Part shown: positions 13,551 to 25,788 of the stretch, piece after piece
How positions within the stretch are numbered: position 1 is the first letter of the stretch
Layout: the number at the start of each line of letters is the position of its first letter
DNA from: Trichosphaerium sp. ATCC 40318
Lineage: Eukaryota > Protista > Tubulinea
Assembly (NCBI GenBank): GCA_038496445.1
Contig: JALMLS010000093.1
Location: 806,001 to 870,000, forward strand
Direction: 5' to 3'
DNA length: 64,000 bases
Made by a program: the position numbers and the translations under genes
Notes under the pieces: generated by a model
The model's input: only the letters and a program-made list of their open reading frames with translations
What the model was told of the DNA's origin: nothing
Database searches by the model: none

Positions 13551-14115
13551 TTTTTTTGGTTTTTTTTTGTTTCTTTTTTTTTTTTTTTGTTTTTTTTTTT
13601 TGGATTTTTTTTTTTTTTTTTTTTTACATTCTTGGGCTTCCGCCTTCGAATGCCATTTTTGCTAGATCTATGTCATAGCTGGATATCATTATGATATTTG
13701 ATACGCCTGTAGGTGGGTAGTAGAGGTCTTCTACCTGTGGGTCCCAAGTCAGAGCGTATGTGTAGTCTGGGTTGGTATTAACCAGGATGCTTTTAGGGAC
13801 TGTGACCGTGACTTTAATCACTAATGGTCTGCCCAGTAGAGAATCGTATTTTTTACGAGCGTACTTTCGCACTGCTCGGAGTAGTCTTGACATGTCAAGC
13901 AGAAGTATAGATATTGTAGTTTAGTATTCGTATGCTTCCACTAGATAAAAAATCCATTTTCCTTTTAACCAAGTAATTTCTTGTTGCAAAAAAATTGTGG
14001 TTTGCCACGGTTTTTGAGAAAACCGTTCCAATGCGTTGTACACGGTAATTGAAGCATATAAAGTCCACTTGTTAGCAGAAATATGGATTTCGATGTTGGG
14101 ATTTAAGATGTGGAG
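13551..14115 (-). mobile_element. Putative retroposed insertion: intronless ORF ending in a ~75-nt poly(A)-rich tail
   Basis: ORF 13893-13624 ends ATG TAA(AAA...), so the stop codon is part of the A tract (T tract 13551-13625 on +). The same frame is open back to about 14115 apart from one TAA at 13921-13923. No target-site duplication found. Confidence 0.5.
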
Positions 14116-14329
14116 TTATGAAGTAAATCGAGAGTAGCTTGTTGAGAAACAAATGTGAAAAAAAGTGAAATTCGAAAAAAGACACAAATGCAACTTACAA
14201 CGGTTTCTGCGTTCCTGTGCGGTGTATTCTACGCGTATTTTGATACTAATCTATATTTAAAATGGATATTAAAGCAATGAGACTACGAAGAACCGAGAAT
14301 TTGCGTAATTAACTTTATTTACTAGTAGT

Positions 14330-15077
14330 ATGTTATCAATGAAAGTAAGGTGTTTTGGTGTTGTTCTGATCCAAAAAAAGGTCGATCTTTCTGTTGTAGC
14401 TTCTCTCAAGCTCTTGTCGCCCAAAACATGCCTCGATTTTATAACGTAAATGAGTCGTAGCGTTGGTGACGGTTTGAACCAGAAACCTGCCTTTTCGGTT
14501 CGATAAAAACGTGATCGTACCGTTAGCGATTTTCTGTTGACTTTTGCTCTAACAAAACCAGCTTGGTCTAATATTAGAGATAGTCGCATTCCTTTTTGGC
14601 GCTCTTTTAGTTCAAATATCGTTTGCCTTTCTTTTTGTAGATTTTAATTCATTAGCAAGAGCCTCAACGCGTACCTCTTAGATTGACGATAGTTTAAAGC
14701 TCTTTTTAGCTGGTTCTGCGTCAACAAAAGCGATCACAGTTAAAAACTCGTAAGCACATTTCGAAGTAGCCTCATCAGCTTGCTGTGACCCGTAGGATAT
14801 ACAAGCGCTTTCCGTGATCTACATGCTGAATGGTCTACACCTTTGGCAACCGTTCGCATACTGAAGAGGATTAATGACCCTTAACAGACTTTGGTTCGAT
14901 ACTACGTAAATGTTCAAAGCCCTTAAGCCTTATTTCAGATAATGTCCTTGATGCAAGCTTAGTTTAATATTTTTTGCTTGAGTTGTACGTTATATATAGG
15001 TATGCACATAACAACCACCGTCGTGACTTGCAGTCTATGTTCTCGAGGTTACCAGTACAAGAGTTGTCTGTTCTCAT
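14330..15077 (-). pseudogene. Possible degenerate spliced gene of unknown function
   Basis: AAAAAATG start at 15077 and several GT..AG pairs on the minus strand, but I could not build one uninterrupted frame. Confidence 0.25.
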
Positions 15078-15257
15078 TTTTTGCTCAACGGTTTTGGGTA
15101 TAGAAAGTTGTCCAATGGCGCTACTGATCTAAGACGTACAAATCGATTGGGCGATATATTAAGTTGTAATTAGTTAAGTGGAATTCAAGAAACAGAAAAA
15201 CCCAAACAAGTGCAAAGGCTCCCAACCGGTTTTTTTTTTGGTTTTTTCAAAAAAAAG

Positions 15258-17442
15258 ATGTCTAACGAAGAGCAGTCAGGATCAGGTATTTAAGAAACAG
15301 AACAAAATGGTTTGATTTACAAAAAATCTCCATTGTAATTTAATTGGTTGTTATTAATTTTAATTTAAAACCAGCATCTCCAGTGTCTTTGAAGAAGCTT
15401 CTTAACGAAGATATTCAAAATTTAGCATCGTACGTTGTATTTCAAGCCAAATTTCTTTTTTTCTCCTTTTTGTTTGTTTGTCTCTTACGACGCTCAAAAA
15501 GGACGCCAAGTGATGATAAATATACATCAGATAGAGAAATGGCACGTTCGGAATTAAAAAGAGAAAGAAAAGAACGTGTGGGTACACCACAAACGAATAG
15601 AAGCAGAGTCAGGTATGACTGTTTAACCCGTTTTGTTTAAAAGCAAAAAACTTCAAAAAAGCGCAATACCAATAATGAACTTCCTCTCTTTTCTTTTTTT
15701 TCATGGATACACCACGTGCGAACTGGAGTATATATCCATAACACAAAACCTACTTGGTATTTTTTAAAGATCAAAAAAACGGCGTTTCAGAATTACATCA
15801 CGTTAGTCATCACGTGATAAAAATATTCGTGTTTTCGCTTATCGGCATTAAAAAATCTTTGGAAAATTACAAAAAAAAAAAGTCTTTTTTGTTGTCTTGA
15901 ATCTCTTCATGATTAATCGATATGCCGATAAATTGAACGCATTTTACACGTAATGTCAAACATGCTATGTTTGTTTAAAATTAATCAAGACGATCTCATA
16001 CAACTCGGGGTGCTCACAACGCGTTCCAAAGGGGTCCAAGTTCTGGAAGATCACATAGAGTACCAAAGATACACTATGACTCTGTACGTTATAAGGTAGT
16101 ATTAGATTTAACTCAATCCGAATATTCACCGGATTTATAGGATAAAAGGCGACTAAATGGATACTCCAGAGGAGATAAGAGTGTCAGGAGAAAATCTCAT
16201 AGAGGAGAAGAAGTAATGACCCCTTTTTGTTAACTTCTTTTTTTTGCTTTCGTCTGTTTTTCTTCTTGTTGGTTTTGGTGCTCTTTGGTGAGTTTATGTT
16301 TTATTTTATTTTGATGAATATGTAGCCTGGCAATAGAAGAGATAATACGCAGTACGGAATTTGGCCAAAATATGAAGACTCTTCTCCAAGAAACGAGAGT
16401 ACTCGTTGCTAAATCTTTGTCATTTTGTTTTTGTTTTACACTATTTTATAGCAACGCTGAGTCCTCCCAGGGACCCGAAAGTTACAAGAGAATTGAGAAG
16501 ACCACCAGAGGATAATGCAAGAGGTACGAAAACAAAGTTACTAAAAACGTCAATATTGGTGTCATTTTGCAAGCAAAAAAGTAAAAAAACCCCCAAAATC
16601 TGACCACTGCACTTGTGGGCTTGGATTGTTTGGTTTTTTTGGGTGTAACAGGTATAGATGTTGTTCAAAAGATGGGCACTTTTTTCAAACAGTTTCATGG
16701 TATGATTGGCGAGCTTCTTGATGAAAATAGAAAACTAAAAGCGGGAGTTAAAGGAGGTTCAGGTAAAGTGGTCTTTTTCTTTTGAACGAAAAGTTCTTTT
16801 TATTTCAAAGAAGGCTTTGAAATAATGGTTATATTTTAGCGTCTACTGGATCTTTATCATATTCTTCTTTACCTAGTATTGGCGATGTAGGAAAATATAA
16901 AGAAAAAATAGAAGAGGTACTCATGGCGTAATAAATAATTGTCAACAAATTTTTTTGTCTAAATCCCTTTTTTTTTATTGAGAACACTCAAGTGGACGCA
17001 GTGTTTTACATTTTTATTTATATTTACATCTCATATAACGGTTTAGTTGCGACGAGAAAAAGGTGCTTTGAAGAAATCCAACTTACAATTACTAAAGGAG
17101 AACGAAGCGCTTAAAAAAGTATGTTTTGCCAAAAACCCCTTTCTAAACATACTACAGGAAGTAAACAACTTGACAGCTATCATAACAATAACGCTTATGA
17201 AGACAGAAAACGAGCTTCTAAATAATAAATCAAAGTTCATTGAACCACCACAGCCATATGACGACGTTGATATGACACCAGAACCTCCGGCAGAAACAGA
17301 AAAGGCAAGCCAAAAAAAAAAAGAAGAAACAAGCCGTTTTCTTTAATGTTTACCTTCTTTTTTTTAGCCTGATCCTCTTTTTGAAGATAACTTGAGTACT
17401 GGAAGCTTTGGTGAGGATGTCAAAGATGGTGTCAAAATGTAG
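15258..17442 (+). CDS. Arg/Ser-rich low-complexity protein with C-terminal coiled coil, multi-exon
   Basis: Exons join as MSNEEQSGS|ASPVSLKK...LRREKGALKKSNLQLLKENEALKK...PDPLFEDN...GVKM*. The last intron is GC-AG (17305-17367). Confidence 0.65.
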
Positions 17443-17662
17443 TTTTTGTAGTAAGAAGAAAATAAAAGGAAAACCATAAAAGGGTGTCGTTAAAATAATG
17501 TTTTTTTTACCTCTTTTGAGATCCGGAGAGGTATTTTCACTATAGATACATCAGGCGCCCTACTGAATACAGAGTATGTCTTGGAAGTTGCCAATTTTTA
17601 CCTTGTTTATTCCACGCCACACAAAACAGTAGGTTCGAATGGAGCTCCCTCCATAAATAAAA

Positions 17663-18690
17663 ATGTCGCCCGAAAAAAGCACCCCGTACCAGGCAGTAAA
17701 TGTCATGTCTATCACGATTGTGGACTATCCACTACAACTTGTCTATGATGAAATATCACAAACACTTAGTGGCACGGAAGCGCACTTCAAAAAAAAACAG
17801 GTTAGCAAGTTTCTTCAAGCTTTCACGAATGAAAATCAAATATTCCTCCGGCTCTTCACTCAAAAGAAGCAACGATAAGGTTGTTGCTGTTCGCCGTTAT
17901 ACTTCTACAATGGACGAAAAAAGTGTAGAGCAGATTGCTAAGCCGAAGCGATCTAGTTGCTTCGTTGAAACAATAGTTCATATTCTTACACAAGGACCTT
18001 ATACACTCCGTTCAGCCCAGACATGCCACTTGCTACAATATCGTCCACAAATATATAGGATATGGCCATATCAAGGTTACCAGGGATACTGGAGTGCATA
18101 TTCTATCTGGTAGTCCTCTTCTACAGAATATATCTATTTGTTTGGGTAAATATAGGACACACGAACGATTTAAAGTGCATGGCATGCACTTGCACCTACT
18201 TGCTGGGTACACTATTAATTTACACAATCTCAAAGGGATAACAGTGGAAGGTATAAAGTCATTGTCTGGTGTACACAAGATTGATTTATCGTTTACTAAT
18301 GTAACAGACGAATGTTTGGAGGTGTTGTATGGTGTACACCATCAATGTCTGTAATTATAAAAGGATAACAGATGAAGGTATCAAGGCATTGTCAGGTGTA
18401 CATGAGATTGATTTAACAGACACAAGAGCATCAGACGAGGGTTTAAAGTCGTTGGCTGGCGTGCATACCATCAAATTGATGATAACAGATGAAGTATTAG
18501 TGCGTTAGCTGGTGTACATTTGATTGATTTATCAGCTACAATATAGGTAGTAGAGTAACAGACGAAGGCTTGAAGTCATTGGTTGAAGTACACACTATCA
18601 CTTTAAAAGCATGTACGTTGATTGGACATGAAGGTATCAAGGGGTTGGGTGGTGCTGACAAGATTGTTTTAACAAACCCAATATGGGTGA
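17663..18690 (+). pseudogene. Frameshifted, essentially intronless leucine-rich-repeat gene with ~23-aa L.GVH.I.L....ITDEG repeats and a possible degenerate F-box
   Basis: Repeats such as LSGVHKIDLSFTNVTDECL, ITDEGIKALSGVHEIDLTDTRASDEGLKSLAGVHTIKL lie in different frames; N-terminal DYPLQLVYDEI is F-box-like. Confidence 0.7.
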
Positions 18691-18936
18691 GATAAAGACC
18701 AAAGTGTTACTGTTACAATAAAAAATTAAGAATAGAGGCCACGTTTGTCTGTAATGTTTAAACAAGTTAGGAAAGTCGTTTGGTAACAGTTCTAAGTTGC
18801 AGTTGACCTAGTGATATTTGTTGATTAGGTTTTGTACTTGATACAGTTGCGTGTTTGATTGTGATTAGGGTATTAAGTTATATGATTACAATTGATTGTA
18901 GATTCCACTTATTGAATGTGTAACTACATTTTTCTT

Positions 18937-19020
18937 CTAACAATTAGCAATTGCGATATCTATTTCATAAATACCAAGTTGCAGCTCCAGTGGAAGGTGC
19001 AATAATATGCAAGGAATCAT
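18937..19020 (-). pseudogene. F-box gene remnant
   Basis: MIPCILLHLPLELQLGIYEIDIAIANC*; 48/54 nt identical to the F-box at 53736-53789. Confidence 0.65.
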
Positions 19021-19150
19021 TTTTGGTTTAATAGTATGTAGCATACGTTATGCATAACGAAGTTACAGATTCAGCGAATTGACTAAGGTTGAAAACAAAA
19101 ACTAGTTCTGTACAAATTCTAACTAATTTTATACTTATTCGCGGAATCTG

Positions 19151-20391
19151 ATGAGCACAACAACTAAACTTCCCTTTGGTACAACCGTACACTATATAAA
19201 GCGCCTTGAGAACAAGGAAGAGAAGGCATTGGGAGACCTGAGGCACGTAAAACTTTTTAGTTTTTAAAACTAGCCTAATACGCATCTAGGGATAATTTAG
19301 CGTTCCTTTCCATACCAAACGGCGTATATCCGCAACTTGTTAAGGCACTTGTAACATTTGCGGGCCATCTAGAAACTAAAGGCTGGATATGGCGTAGTTA
19401 TGAGCTACCAGAAAAGAGTATTAAAGCTATGAAGCTTTTAGCGGAACTACTTTTGACAAGTACGTGATATAACGTTAAAACTATCCCACGTTGCATTTTA
19501 TTGCGTAAATCAGCGTCCTAACGTATTACAGATGCCAAATTTTATACAAAATTTATTGGAACACCAAAATTGCAGCTGCAAGATCTTAACTTTGATTACC
19601 ACCTTGAGCATCCTGATAGTAAAGACCAAGCGCTTGAAATAATAAAGCTCTTATCTGCAAATCTCAAATTCTGTGACTACACACGTGAGTTCTTGCAAAT
19701 AGAACTTTTTTTTTATTGTTTTCTAACGGTGTTGTAGTTTATGTCAAAAAAGAAAACACAAGAGAAATGGTGACAGAGAATTTATCCCAGAGACGTGAGT
19801 CAGAGATACCTTAAATTTTTTTGGTTGAACTGTTTTTTTACAAGAAAACTTTTCAGTTGTGTTTTTGTGCTGACTTATTTATTGCAGTCAAGCCTTCAAA
19901 GAGAAAAGCCGCAGATATGCTTGAAAAAGAAGAAGAAGAGGAATCTGTAGTAAAAGATGGTCGCCATAGTCACGTCAAAAAGAAGCTTAAGAAAGCACCA
20001 ACTAAAACTAAAGCCATTAATGGTGTAACATGGTACAAACTGATAACTTCTGAAACAACTATTTTTTTTTTGACTTTATTTCACTTGCTAAAATACTGTT
20101 AGGTTTTGGGCTGATGATGGTACTAGTAGTCAAGATACTTGGGTTGCATACTCAAAAGGTGATAATAAAAAGATAGAAACAGCTCACCAACGAGGTACAA
20201 AGCAAAGTTCAAAACAACGAACCTGAATTCCTCCTTTTTTTTCCTTACATTTTTTCACAGGTCAAAAGACAGTAAAGTTAAATGCAACTCGGTACATTGA
20301 TTTGGTACATTCGTGGCAACGCAGATATGACGAACCTTCAAAGAAGAGGAAAGTAATGCGTAAAGGTCCAAAGGCTGATGAACGTAAATAA
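19151..20391 (+). CDS. WWE-domain protein
   Basis: C-terminal GVTW|FWADDG...WVAYSKGDNKKIETAHQR|GQKTVKL...YIDLVHSWQRRYDEPSKKRKVMR. The first intron is GC-AG (19243-19289). Confidence 0.8.
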
Positions 20392-20450
20392 ATACAACGA
20401 AGTTTTTATTACTATTTACAATGGTATACTAAATTACATCTGGTACCAAC

Positions 20451-21308
20451 TTAACTTGGGATTTCAAAATCTTTGTCTACAAACTCATCATCTGCAGTTG
20501 AGTAACCAACATCTTCGTGGCGTATACCTAACATATCTACCATACCGCCTAAAGTCATATCTGGTTTTTTACTTTGCAAAGACTGGTGTAAATCCCTTAA
20601 CGCCTATCGCCGTTATTTTTTGAAGTGAGAAGTTTCGGATAAGATACCTCTTGTATGCTCTCAAAGAACATTGGCGTTTCTGCCAATGCATCTGCAATAT
20701 TCTTATCTTCTGTTAGAACGCTTTGAGCATCATACAGCTGTTTGCGAGTTGTCAAATCTTTTAATCTTGCTTTCTTTGCATTTAAAGTCATGCGTAGTTG
20801 GCGCAACTGCTCACGTTTTTCTCTGTCTCGCGGATTGAGCTTCCGTCTCTTCTTTGGTGGTCCTTTCTGTAACGGACTTCGCGTCATCGCGCTGCCAAGC
20901 TTGGTGTTGTATTAGAGGCGTAATTGGTGGTAATTCTTTGTGTCTAACACGCGTTGGTGTAGAAATACACTTTTATTGTAAAAAGGTTTTTTGAACTCGC
21001 TTCCAAGTATTTGTACCCGTTTCTTACGCGGTGAAAGCTTCGTTGGCGAAGGTGTCATTGCTTTTGGCTGAGTAGATACTTGAACCAACGAATGATGGTA
21101 GAAAACGTGTAAAGAGTCATTAAAGAACTTCTTTTCGCGTATTTTATCATCTTTCACGAGTTTTTGGAGAGCTTCTGTAGTATCTTCTGATTCATCATCC
21201 TAGATTGGATTAGAGTGCATTTTGAAGAATGTCAGATGACTACTGTACGTTTTCACAAAGGTCTTGGAGCGTTAAAGGTTTTGTTGCTTTTTTGATACGC
21301 TCGTACAT
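20451..21308 (-). CDS. Sfr1/Mei5-like recombination mediator with an N-terminal Hop2-like winged helix
   Basis: C-terminus ESIQE|ALRDLHQSL...MTLGGMVDMLGIRHEDVGYSTADDEF matches the Mei5/Sfr1 pattern, preceded by a coiled coil. N-terminus KPLTLQDLCENVQ...EALQKLVKDDKIREK. The start is approximate. Confidence 0.6.
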
Positions 21309-21523
21309 ATCAAATAAAGCGGTTAACTGCACTGTTGAAGTTTGACAGGGCGTACTTAATGCCTTTAAGCAAACCGAGCAATAAACAGTTTTTATTAACC
21401 CTTGATGGATTTCGCTGATTATCAATCTGTGTCCTATGGTAAAACAAACCACTATTGCGGGTCTAATTGACTTTAGATCGTGTTTCTACACTCGTTAAGC
21501 AGAAATTTGTTAGCTGCATTCTT

Positions 21524-22109
21524 ATGGTTCTGAGAATCGTTTGGACAGGCCAAATAGCTGCTATGCTTGCTGTACGTGTAAATATCACGTGCGTTTTTTC
21601 TTGTTTATTTTGATTTTTTTTCTTAAAGGGCTTGTTTCTGTCGCCATTGGCGGACTACAAGGAACCCAATAAAGACTCTGGAAACTTAATGGAAGTTGGT
21701 AGAGTAATGCTAAGTGTACGCTATCTAAAACCTCGGTAACGAGTTATTTTATGCTAATGGTAATCAGTTAGGTATCTTGCTTGTTATTCAGATTGCTTTG
21801 AACCTAGCTCAATTCTTACTGAGTATTGTGGCTTTGACACGCCCAAAAAGATGTTCTACGGCATTCGCAGCGATTATGCAAGTACTCTACATTGTTCATA
21901 TTGTAGTGGCACTCGTATGTACACCATTTGTGTACCACGTTAACTACTATGCTGATAAAGGTGGGATGGTGTGGTTCACAATGATATTTTTGATGCATGC
22001 GACTTCTGTTGTAGTCGAGTACGGACTCTCGCTCTATAGCGGTAATGTTGGTAGAGATAAGTGTGTTTGCTTTGGTCTCGAGTGTTGTAGCCTGCACAAG
22101 TACCGATAA
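21524..22109 (+). CDS. Small ~4-TM membrane protein with a Cys-rich tail
   Basis: Three exons; hydrophobic helices; ends CVCFGLECCSLHKYR. Confidence 0.6.
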
Positions 22110-22308
22110 TAAGAATTGTTCACGAAAATAATTTGCGAGTAAATGTTGTTTTTGCATGGTGCAGTAAAATTATTTTTTGTTGCCTATCTACTCGCTACAA
22201 AAATCAAAGAGTAACCGCGCTTGTACGCGTTTTTTTTTATTTACAACTTGGAGATTTTATACAAAATTGGGCTATCTACACTATACACAAAGTTCTCTTT
22301 GGAATTCA

Positions 22309-23050
22309 TTACCATTTGATACGAAATCCCATCTTGCGTTGTAACTGTTGAATTGGAGGGAGTTCGAGTACTTTTGGCTGATGTGGCTCTCTGTATTGCC
22401 ACGTGTAGTGAATGTTCATAAACGCGTCCAATGACTTTGTAGAGAGAACCTTTTTTCTTTTGGCTCTTTTAGAAGCTAATCGCAGTTTTCGTGCAACTGC
22501 TGCTTTTATGTCACAAGGCTTCACAATATGAAACGTAGTCCCCTCCTTTTGCTTGTTCGGACGTTTAGGGCTTCGCACAATTGCTTTCGGTTGTTCTGCA
22601 TAGAACGAGTATATTTTTTTTTCTGGTTTAGTAGTGGCGATGCTGACTATCTTTGGACAGTGGTAGTTAGGGTGCGATCCGGTGAGTTTGAATACGTTTG
22701 AAAGGGTTGGAATGCAGTCCCTAGTAGTTATTTAGAAACGGGGTAATTCTACAAATTGAAAGACGCTTCAATGACGTACCTTGGAGGTGATGGTGGTAGT
22801 TGTTGTGCTTGATCGTAGGATGAGGCTGTTGCTGCTATAGTAGGTACAACACATGGGTACGCTTGCTGGGTATTATGTATGGAAGCTCCAGTGTGGTTGT
22901 ACGTTGCAGGATTGCATGAAGAGGCATACAATTGTGTGCTGTTATTTGTAGAACCGTTGAGTAAGAGAGAAAGTTCCATCTGTTGTGTGTTTCGCTTGGG
23001 TTTCTTGGTGTAAAACGAGAGAAGTACCCTATTTTTTCGAATTCGTCCAT
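22309..23050 (-). CDS. Hypothetical low-complexity/basic protein
   Basis: Two ORF segments linked by the GTACGT donor near 22780; the 5' end is uncertain. Confidence 0.4.
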
Positions 23051-23569
23051 TTGTGGGTATTGCCTAACTTAACAAAACTCCCGCAATTGCCTTTAAACTG
23101 ATACCATGACTTCTACGTAGCTGTATACGACATTTTGTAGCTTTTCGACCTTTGTAAATAGAGAAGTTCCTTTTACTCTACCTGAAAGTTATTGCCTTTT
23201 TTGAGATGTACCGAAGCTACTTTTGTATTGAACTCTCAACAAGCTAAACAATACCTTCTAAAACGCAATTTGAGCTTTTTTCTTTTTTTTGATTTGAAAA
23301 CTAAGAAACAGAGCACTTGAACCGAGATGGAGGTGTACCAAAACGCAGTCCTACAGTAAGTTGTGGTTATGTAGAGAAAGTAGCTTTCCAAAAAAGGTGT
23401 TGTTTACTTTTTTTGCATTGTAGCAAGTCGTGTTACTTAGTGCCGTTCTCTAGATAATACTCCGACAAACTACGTAGTTTCTTTCTGTAACCCCATCCTC
23501 CATTCACAAATACACAGGTAAGGTAACAATAAAGTGTACAAACGAGAATTTACTTTTACTTTTTTTTTT

Positions 23570-25069
23570 TTACAATTTCGGTTTCAAAGTCTGTTGGTAT
23601 GCATCGTGTGGATGTTTTACAAACAGTGTACCAACTTGAGCACCTGCCATTATGTCGAGAATTGTACCTCGCTTGTAAGCATTTCCTTTTAAAACAGGCG
23701 TTAATTGAAATAGTAGTTAGTATTTTCGAGAATAAATTGTTACCTATCACAACAGCTGAAATTCCTCCCTCTATTGCAAACTCTGCTGCATCAATTTTTG
23801 ATTGCATACCGCCACGTCCAAGTTGAGACTTATTACCTACTGTATAGTGTAGACCTGGAACATGTACTGAGATTAACTTAGAGCCTAAGAACAATTATGT
23901 TAGATTTGAGAAAAAGAATAACAAAAGTTTAGAACCTTTGGTCGAAGGATGAGCTGTTAGCAAGCCATCCACGTCTGTCATAAGGAGCAAAGCGTCACAT
24001 TTAGTTTCAACAGCAACGAGCGCTGCAAGGCTGTCATTATCCCAGAATAATTTATTCTTTTCGTCACGATTGGCTTCTTGTCGTGTGCTTACCTTTTGTG
24101 GAAACCAAGTTTAACATTCGGTGTTTCTTTTTTAGTTTGTCCGAGGAAAATTATTTCGTGTACGTACAACATCGTTTTCATTCAGGATAGGCACAATACC
24201 CAGTTTCAAGAGAATTTCTATTGTATCATTTAATTGATCTCTGGCCTAAAGATTTTGTTGGTATGTTTTTTCATGACTTTTGTTTCAGAGAACTGAGTGA
24301 CTTACACTTCCTCTGAAATCGGAATCTGTCAAAAGAATTTGCGAACATTGTATGTTTTTTCGTGCGAATAGGTCATCATATAATGACATCAAATGATATT
24401 GTCCAGCAGCTGAGCAAGCTCTAGTATTATTGTAAGGTAAAATATCATAAATAAAATAGATACCAATTGAGCAAAAAAAATTACCTTGGAATTGTGACAC
24501 GCATTTCTCGAAATGTCATATTTTTTAGATCCGGATGAAGACTTGTTGACGCGATTCTAGGGTTTGCCCTTGTTGAATTAGATTACCTATAGTACATATT
24601 TACTCTAAGTATACTCACTTGTAGTTTTGAGCAAGCACTTGAGAACCAAGGCCAACAGATCCGCTGGAGACAAAAATGACCTGAAAAAAAATCTTAACAT
24701 GACATGTCACATTATTTCAAAAAATATGCGTGCTTCTTTACCAAGGGACACTAGCTGCGAAATCTGTTGCTTTTGAAGAGTAAGCGTGAAAGTAAGCAGA
24801 AAAAATAGCTTACTATGATGCTACCTAGGCGACCTAAAGCCGCAGTACCGTCCTTAGCACATACGGCGCTTGTACCAACCTAGTAAGTGTTAAGTGTCAG
24901 GAATTTTCTCATAATCGCGTGGTGACCACATTGAGGCACGTTTTTTCTTAATTTATACGTGGCGAATTAAATAGTTTCATTTTGATTATTCTGGTGTAAA
25001 ATAGGCTACCTTCACTAGAATACGCTTCATGCTTGATAAATCATGTCTACAAACGCCTTTTGTTGTCAT
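23570..25069 (-). CDS. Stand-alone glutamate 5-kinase (ProB/Pro1-type amino-acid kinase domain)
   Basis: RILVKVGTS, ALGRLGSI, EVIFVSSGSVGLG, RACSAAGQ, VPILNEND, FWDNDSLAALVA, LLLMTDVDGL, GRGGMQSKIDAA; ends PKL*. Confidence 0.92.
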
Positions 25070-25329
25070 TTTTCTTTCGTGTCGATGTAAGTGATGTGTT
25101 TGTGATAGAAACGACGAGGTAAGGCGTAAATTAGTATTTGTTTACTAACTTTGAGACTTAAAGCTAAAAGTTGGTGTTTGTTCCCTGAAATGACAGCACT
25201 CTCGATTTCTAATGAAAGTATCGATTTCAAGGGACCTCATATCGACAACAATGTTACGGCGGAGCGTTTTGACGACTGCTGACTAGCTTACCCTTCTTTT
25301 TTTGTTGCATTTGTCAGAACTCTATCAAA

Positions 25330-25788
25330 ATGGCAGAAGCTAAAGCAGGCGCGATGATGTTGAAGTACAAAGTACGTTTTATCCATTTCAGTCGCACTGA
25401 TAAAAATTCATGTTTTGCGTAGAAGTACATTCCTAAGGTAAAGGACAAGACCTGGGCGCTCGTTTGCTTTATCATTAACTGCATATTCCCTGGTACGTAC
25501 TTGCAATACTCAGCAGTTACTTATAATACCTACAGGAGTTGGTACATTGATTGCTGGATGCCGTACACACCTTTAAATCCCTTTTTGCAACTCACACTCC
25601 GTAGTTACTGATTGTCATACCTGGGCTCTTATCTTTGGCATTCTTCAACTCCTCCTAGGTTTCCTTATCATTGGATGGATTTGGGTATTTAACTTTTTTC
25701 TTACTATTTTAAAGCGTGTCCTTATTGTTGTTTGTAGAGTATTATTTGGGGCTTTTTCATATGGAAGAGATCTAAATTGATATTGTAG
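25330..25788 (+). CDS. Spec3/Stum-family small membrane protein
   Basis: ALVCFIINCIFP|GVGTLIAG...FGILQLLLGFLIIGWIW|SIIWG. Confidence 0.75.

Noticed and set aside
14810-14870. Possible C/D box snoRNA (GTGATCT...CTGA)
   Set aside because: The C box is non-consensus, I recognise no rRNA target, and the region shows minus-strand exon/intron signals.
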